Below are positions 16,629 to 21,484 of a stretch of 21,484 bases of DNA, piece by piece (the first letter of the stretch is position 1; every line of letters starts with the position of its first letter). Both the position numbers and the translations under genes were made by a program. The stretch is from Mesotaenium endlicherianum (lineage: Eukaryota). The notes beneath the pieces were generated by a model. It was not told the DNA's origin. It did no database searches and worked only from the letters and a program-made list of their open reading frames with translations. The stretch spans positions 124,001-145,484 of the forward strand of contig WELA01003621.1 of NCBI GenBank assembly GCA_009602735.1, written 5' to 3'.

Positions 16629-16706
16629 TGTAATCGGCAATCACAACTACAGAGTTTTCGGCAATCAGGAGTACATAGAAATCGGCAACAATTGATACAG
16701 AGTTTT
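16629..16706 (+). mobile_element. IS21 left-end stub (copy 1), ends at an assembly gap (N at 16707)
   Basis: Identical to the first 78 nt of the full IS at 18894 (TGTAATCGGCAATCACAACTACAGAG...GATACAGAGTTTT). Confidence 0.92.
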
Positions 16707-16707
16707 N

Positions 16708-17084
16708 TTTGAATCTCCACAACTAATAATTTTCAAATGATTATTATCAAAAAACTGAAGCCCAATGAATGTCGCCGTGGCTCCTTTCTTTTGTTTACTT
16801 TTTTCAAGAGACGCTTTTGCAGGATTGGTATTAGTTATAATATTTGATTGTTTAAAAATTTGAGCACAATCAATGAAGTTTGTAACCAATTTTTCATGTT
16901 CGAACGTTGGATTGGACACAAATTTTTTTGTAATTAATTCAGCCCATTCCTCTGAATTGTAGCTTTGAGTTGTGCCATCAGCTAAAGCGAATGTTTTTGT
17001 TGACTTATTGAAAGCAAACTTGTCCTGAATGTTTTGATATAAATAAGATGACCGTTTTTGAATCTGTAAAATTGTAATATTCAT
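16708..17084 (-). CDS. PP2C-like (PPM) phosphatase, partial (3' part lost at the assembly gap)
   Basis: IQDKF, FALADGTTQS, GATATFIG and ISCGDS match the PP2C motifs (QD, DG, G.T, GDS). Translationally coupled to the vWA gene by a TAATG overlap at 17082-17086. The ORF track's tail beyond the N is spurious. Confidence 0.72.
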
Positions 17085-17811
17085 TATTGTGGGGTCCCAA
17101 TATTTAAAAAATTAATTAAGTCTGTGGCGTTTCCATTAAGTACATACCCTTTTGCATTATCATGAATATTGTATCCCTTTTGTTTGGCTATACGAATCAT
17201 ATTTTCATTTAATGGCGTTGACATTTCATAAAGTAATCTTGCAAATTTGTCGCTACTATTTGTTAATTCATTGGGAAACAACACTCTTTCCCCGCTTCTT
17301 GATGAAATTTGGATATTGAAAATGTTGGTAGCGCCATAATTAGTTCCAATTTGGTTTATCTGAACAGCCTCTTTTTTAAGTGCATAAAAGTTGCTACCAG
17401 AGTCAGTTGCTTCTCCATCAGTAATGTTTATGATGATTGGAGGATGGCAATCTTTGTGATTACCCCAATTGATCCAATCATTACATATCCTTTTTGCATT
17501 TTCAAAGGCTTTGGTCATTGGAGTTGATCCTGATGCATATGGTTTTATCCACAACGGCTTTTCGTTTTCTAATAATAATGGATAATCAAATATGTTTTTT
17601 ATTGAAACGATCCATTTGCCAGACAGTTGACCTTCCCAAGCAGATTGAACTTTTTCGTTCTCTTTTCCATAACCAATGATTGCTAACTCGAATCTATTTT
17701 TTAATTCCCCGCCTGATCCCATGCAACGTAAACCAATCTCATAAAGAGTATCGTTAATTGCGTCTGCCAGTTCGAAAGCTTTGCTGTGTAAGGCGTTTCC
17801 GAATTTATCGG
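17084..17811 (-). pseudogene. vWA-domain (TerY-like) protein, 5' end removed by an IS21 insertion
   Basis: LADAIN, ELAIIGYG, GSTPMTKAF (MIDAS Thr) and PPIIINITDGEATD (MIDAS Asp). The N-terminal DxSxS strand is missing, and the frame runs into the IS end at 17812. Confidence 0.75.
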
Positions 17812-17890
17812 TGTAATCGGCAATCACAACTACAGAGTTTTCGGCAATCAGGAGTACATAGAAATCGGCAACAATTGATACAGAGTTTTC
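17812..17890 (+). mobile_element. IS21 left-end stub (copy 2), ends at an assembly gap (N at 17891)
   Basis: Identical to the first 79 nt of the full IS at 18894. Confidence 0.92.
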
Positions 17891-17903
17891 NAAATAGATA
17901 AAT

Positions 17904-18110
17904 ATGAAAGTTAAAATGAAATGGCTGGACTGGTTTTTTATACTCGCTCTGATTGATGTGATATGGCAGTTGTATTCTCAGATTTTTGAGGATGCATATT
18001 ATCATTCCATAATTGATCAAGGAAAGCTGTTACTGCGATTAATTCTAATGGTAATATTAGCTATCACGATTTACCGAAGGGTGGTGCATAAGTCAAATAA
18101 TAATAAATAA
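17904..18110 (+). CDS. Small hypothetical membrane protein (2 TM)
   Basis: 68 aa with two hydrophobic helices (WLDWFFILALIDVIW; LLLRLILMVILAITIY), a basic C-terminus and an AT-rich upstream context. Confidence 0.5.
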   Translation: MKVKMKWLDWFFILALIDVIWQLYSQIFEDAYYHSIIDQGKLLLRLILMVILAITIYRRVVHKSNNNK

Positions 18111-18240
18111 GCTTCTTACGTAAAGAATAAACAATTGCTTTATCTGGCACTAGCATTTGCAATATCTGCCTCCTTTGTAATAATAAATATAGGTTAACAT
18201 ATTTTGATTACACTGATTACATATTTATATTCCGGTTTCC

Positions 18241-18893
18241 ATGTTTTATCCGCTTTCCAATATTTCAGAAACGACTCTTGCTTATTTGCCTCCATTCCGT
18301 AAAAGCAACTATCTGGTTTATTGGATAATGATCTTGATGGTCGTTACTGCTATAATGATCTTGCCTTTTGTAAATACTAATATTGCCGTGAGGTCAATGG
18401 GCATTACACGGCCTTTAAATGAGCGAACAGAAATAAAGCCAGTTATAGGGGGGATTATTGATACATTGTATTATCACGAAGGTAGTCATATTGCTAAAGG
18501 TGCAGTCCTACTGCGGCTGAAAGATCAGGTGACTGGTAGCAAACGTCGGAGAAATGACTACGAAATATCCCAACGCCAACAGTTCGTCCACGATTTAGAG
18601 CTACTCACTTCTTCTACAGACTTAGATGAGTCACTGACTATTCAGTTGCAGTCTCCATTGTACCGTGAACAGCTTAGCCGCTTTATTCAACAGCTAGCTG
18701 ATCAAGAAGCCGGATTAAAGAAATCTGTCCGTGAGTTAAGCATAAATCGACAGCTCTTGGCGGATAAAGTAATAGCACCTAAAGAATATTTTGACGTGGA
18801 AGTACAAAATAACAGAGTTTCTGCGGGATATAAAGCTTTTATGCGTGAACAGCAAGCTACTTGGCAGCAAGATTTGAGCCGCTACCGATTAGA
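18241..18893 (+). pseudogene. HlyD-family type I secretion membrane-fusion protein, interrupted by IS21
   Basis: N-terminal TM helix (VYWIMILMVVTAIMILPFV), lipoyl-like half motif (EIKPVIGGIIDTLYYHEGSHIAKGAVLLRL) and coiled coil. The frame enters the IS end at 18894 and stops at 18960, before the C-terminal beta domain. Confidence 0.82.
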
Positions 18894-19014
18894 TGTAATC
18901 GGCAATCACAACTACAGAGTTTTCGGCAATCAGGAGTACATAGAAATCGGCAACAATTGATACAGAGTTTTCGGCAACAACGGTGCAGAGAAATCGGCAA
19001 CAAAGAGTGCAGAG
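18894..19014 (+). repeat. IS21 left-end multiple terminal repeats (5 units of about 24 bp)
   Basis: TCGGCAA core at 18899, 18923, 18947, 18971 and 18994, each followed by a TACA/TGCA-(G/T)AG motif. Confidence 0.9.
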
Positions 19015-19038
19015 CTTTGGGGTTTAAACTACCTCTTC

Positions 19039-20592
19039 ATGAAGCTGACACCGTATTTATCGAAACTTATGACGTATCACGAAGTACACAAACTATCAAG
19101 AGAAGGCTTTTCGATCAGTTATATCAGTAACTACCTGGGCTTAAACTGGCGTACCGTTAAGCGCCTGTTGGTGATAGAAGATGATCGCCATTACGAAGAA
19201 GTCCTCCAGCACAGCAATGAAAAGGATTGTATCCTGGACCGGTATGAAGTGTTTATTAAGCTGAAACTGGAGCAATATCCCGATACCTCCTCCGCACAGA
19301 TGCATGACTGGCTGAAAGAACACTACTCCGATATGCCTGCAGTATCCGTTAGAACCGTGTTCAATTACGTATCCCGGGTACGTCAGAAGTACCAGTTAGT
19401 AAAATCGGAAGGGGCACGGGTATACGAGATGGTACCGGAAACACCCTACGGAGCGCAGGCACAGGTAGACTTTGGTCAGTACAATATGCGCAACACCCAG
19501 GGCGGCAGGGTTAAAGTGTATTTTTTCACCCTGGTGCTATCCCGCTCCCGCTATAAATATGTCTTTTTCTCACAGGAGCCTTTTACTACAGCCACCTCTA
19601 TAGAAGCCCACGAGCATGCTTTTGCGTTTATAGAAGGGTTACCTGATACACTGGTATACGATCAGGACAGGCTGTTTATAGTAGATGAAAATAAAGGCGA
19701 CCTGATATTGACCGAACAGTTCAGGGCCTATAGCAACCAGCGTAAGTTCAAACTGTATTTCTGCCGTAAATCAGACCCAGAGAGCAAGGGTAAGGTGGAG
19801 AACGTGGTAAAATACGTAAAACAGAACTTCCTGTATAACCGTTCGTTTACCGATATAGATGTTCTGAATGCGGAAGCACTGGCATGGTTAGTCAGAACTG
19901 CCAATGAGTTACCGCATAGTACCACACAAAGACGTCCCTGCCAGGAATGGACGGTAGAAAAGCCTTTCCTGCATCCATACACCCCACTAAGGCTACAATC
20001 ACCTACAGGAACGCATTACGCAGTTCGTAAGGACAACAGCTTCTCCTATAAAGGCAACTTTTATTCTCTTCCTTCGGGCACCTATAAAGGCCGTGGCAGC
20101 CAGGTGCTGCTGGAAAAGCAGGGAACCTGTATCGTCCTTTACAATCTGGAGCACGAGGAGATCTGCCGCCACCTGGTAAGCACTGGTAGTGGAGAAAAAA
20201 TCATCAACAATGATCATCGCCGTGAAAAGAGCCCTGCTATTCAGGAACTGGAAGATCAGTTTTGCTCCCTGGTTAATAACGCAGAATCAGCTCGTCAGTT
20301 GATAGCTGCTATCAGGCAGGATAAACCCCGCTACATTCGCGATCAGTTGCTGCTGTTGATACAAACCGTTCAGCACTGCCAGCCTGCTATTGCAGAGCAG
20401 GCATTAGCTTACTGCTTAAATATTGGTACCAAAGGGGCTGCCGATTTTAAATCAGTGGTGCTGCATCTTAGCAATCAGGCGGAAGAAAAACATGCGCCTG
20501 TAGTTTACCTCAATCCACTGAACCACAAAACACCCACAGAGGCGCTGATACAGCCTGCAACCAGCTCTATTAACGATTACGATATGTTTTAA
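19039..20592 (+). CDS. istA: IS21-family DDE transposase IstA
   Basis: N-terminal HTH (SISYISNYLGLNWRTVKR), ETPYGAQAQVDFG (D), LSRSR, VYDQD (D), PESKGKVE (E) and HSTTQRRP. Confidence 0.96.
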   Translation: MKLTPYLSKLMTYHEVHKLSREGFSISYISNYLGLNWRTVKRLLVIEDDRHYEEVLQHSNEKDCILDRYEVFIKLKLEQYPDTSSAQMHDWLKEHYSDMPAVSVRTVFNYVSRVRQKYQLVKSEGARVYEMVPETPYGAQAQVDFGQYNMRNTQGGRVKVYFFTLVLSRSRYKYVFFSQEPFTTATSIEAHEHAFAFIEGLPDTLVYDQDRLFIVDENKGDLILTEQFRAYSNQRKFKLYFCRKSDPESKGKVENVVKYVKQNFLYNRSFTDIDVLNAEALAWLVRTANELPHSTTQRRPCQEWTVEKPFLHPYTPLRLQSPTGTHYAVRKDNSFSYKGNFYSLPSGTYKGRGSQVLLEKQGTCIVLYNLEHEEICRHLVSTGSGEKIINNDHRREKSPAIQELEDQFCSLVNNAESARQLIAAIRQDKPRYIRDQLLLLIQTVQHCQPAIAEQALAYCLNIGTKGAADFKSVVLHLSNQAEEKHAPVVYLNPLNHKTPTEALIQPATSSINDYDMF

Positions 20593-20614
20593 ATCACACA
20601 CTAAACAGTAATAC

Positions 20615-21373
20615 ATGGAACAAAAACAAATGATCAGGCAGTATTGCCAGCAGTTCAACATGACCGGCGTAAACAAGGTCATAGATGAGCTTATTACCGA
20701 TGCTGAAACCAGAGCACTGGGGTATATAGACTATACCCTTGGCTTCCTGACCACTGAGGCCGAATACCGCAGGCAACGGGACATCAAAAAGCGGATGAAG
20801 ATGGCCACCCTGCCCAGGTACTGCGATCTGGCAGCGTATGACCCCAGCTTCAACAATGGCCTTACCATTACCCGGCTACATCAGTTACAGGAACTACACT
20901 GGATGGATCAGATTTTTAATATTATACTGATGGGCCCTTCTGGAACGGGAAAAACGTTCCTCTCTGCCGGGCTTTGTAATGAAGCTGTTAAGAAGGGCTA
21001 TAAGGCTTACTTCCGCACGATGGACACGCTTATCAGCATCCTTAAGATGAAAGAGATTACAGCCTCCGCTAAAGCTGAATACAAGCGGATTTTACATGCA
21101 CACCTGATTGTGATAGATGACATCATGTTGTTCCCGGTGGAAAAGAAAGAGGCGGTATTGTTATTCAATTTTATTAACCAGGTGTACGAAAAAACATCTT
21201 TCATTATTACCACCAACAAAAAGCCAACGGAATGGGCGCAGATGCTGGATGATGAGGTGCTGGCAACGGCATTACTGGACAGATTACTATACCAATGCGA
21301 AGTAATCAACCTCACCGGTAAGAGCTACAGGCTCAAAAATCGTAAAACTATTTTTGAGGAACAGGACAACTAA
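20615..21373 (+). CDS. istB: IS21-family AAA+ helper ATPase IstB
   Basis: Walker A GPSGTGKT, Walker B LIVIDD, IITTNK, ATALLDRLL and GKSYR. Confidence 0.96.
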   Translation: MEQKQMIRQYCQQFNMTGVNKVIDELITDAETRALGYIDYTLGFLTTEAEYRRQRDIKKRMKMATLPRYCDLAAYDPSFNNGLTITRLHQLQELHWMDQIFNIILMGPSGTGKTFLSAGLCNEAVKKGYKAYFRTMDTLISILKMKEITASAKAEYKRILHAHLIVIDDIMLFPVEKKEAVLLFNFINQVYEKTSFIITTNKKPTEWAQMLDDEVLATALLDRLLYQCEVINLTGKSYRLKNRKTIFEEQDN

Positions 21374-21388
21374 ATCTATTTTTGAACG

Positions 21389-21483
21389 CTGCACTCTTGT
21401 TGCTATTTTTTGTGTACTCATTGTTGCCGAAAACTCTGCACTCCTGATTGCCAAAAACTCTGCACTTTTGGTTGCCGACTACA
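21389..21483 (-). repeat. IS21 right-end multiple terminal repeats (4 units of 24 bp, inverted relative to the left end)
   Basis: TTGC(C/T) cores at 21400, 21424, 21448 and 21472, an exact 24-bp period. Confidence 0.88.
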
Positions 21484-21484
21484 T

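Larger units (their letters stand above)
18894..21483 (+). mobile_element. Complete IS21-family insertion sequence (2590 bp)
   Basis: TG...CA termini. The left end TGTAATCGGCAAT matches the reverse-complemented right end TGTAGTCGGCAAC. Multiple 24-bp subterminal repeats; carries istA and istB. Confidence 0.96.

Noticed and set aside
16665..16707. C-terminal tail of the PP2C ORF, and ORFs 17805-18020 and 18861-19130 in the track
   Set aside because: These read across an N gap or through IS terminal repeats and are chimeric artefacts.
18894..19014. 24-bp periodic repeats (also at 16629, 17812 and 21389-21483) as a CRISPR array
   Set aside because: The units are contiguous and degenerate with no unique 30-40 nt spacers, there are no cas genes, and they lie at both ends of istAB in inverted orientation. 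They are IS21 terminal repeats.
21484..21484. Target-site duplication of the IS21
   Set aside because: Only one base of right flank is in the window. T is compatible with TAGA or TTAGA but proves nothing.
16434..21484. One contiguous genomic island from tRNA-Asn to the IS21
   Set aside because: Two N gaps next to identical repeat stubs make contiguity unverifiable, and no integrase is visible.

Overview
Bacteroidota DNA, probably Chitinophagaceae-like (inferred from gene content and TAnnTTTG promoters). Bases 1-16507 are core genome: GNAT acetyltransferase (missed by the ORF track), RluE-type pseudouridine synthase, lpxD, NAD-dependent epimerase, Fur/Zur-family regulator, SCO protein, MerC-domain protein, cysS, EEP-family protein, two rhomboids, rlmD, a TlpA-like thioredoxin protein, ahpC-ahpD, an outer-membrane beta-barrel, hflX, a Rieske ferredoxin and tRNA-Asn(GTT). 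Downstream of the tRNA the DNA is accessory and broken by two single-N assembly gaps. It holds two 78-79 bp IS21 left-end stubs, an IS-truncated vWA (TerY-like) plus PP2C-like pair (probable TerY-P defence locus), an IS-truncated HlyD adaptor and a complete IS21 (istA-istB). The most striking unannotated element is a 12-codon uORF, MIRIYPYCCCCC*, just upstream of cysS, with alternative RNA pairings: a candidate cysteine-sensing ribosome-dependent attenuator. Also notable are a rhomboid lacking its catalytic Ser next to an intact one, and a perfect 7-1-7 operator inside the merC-like promoter near a Zur-like regulator.
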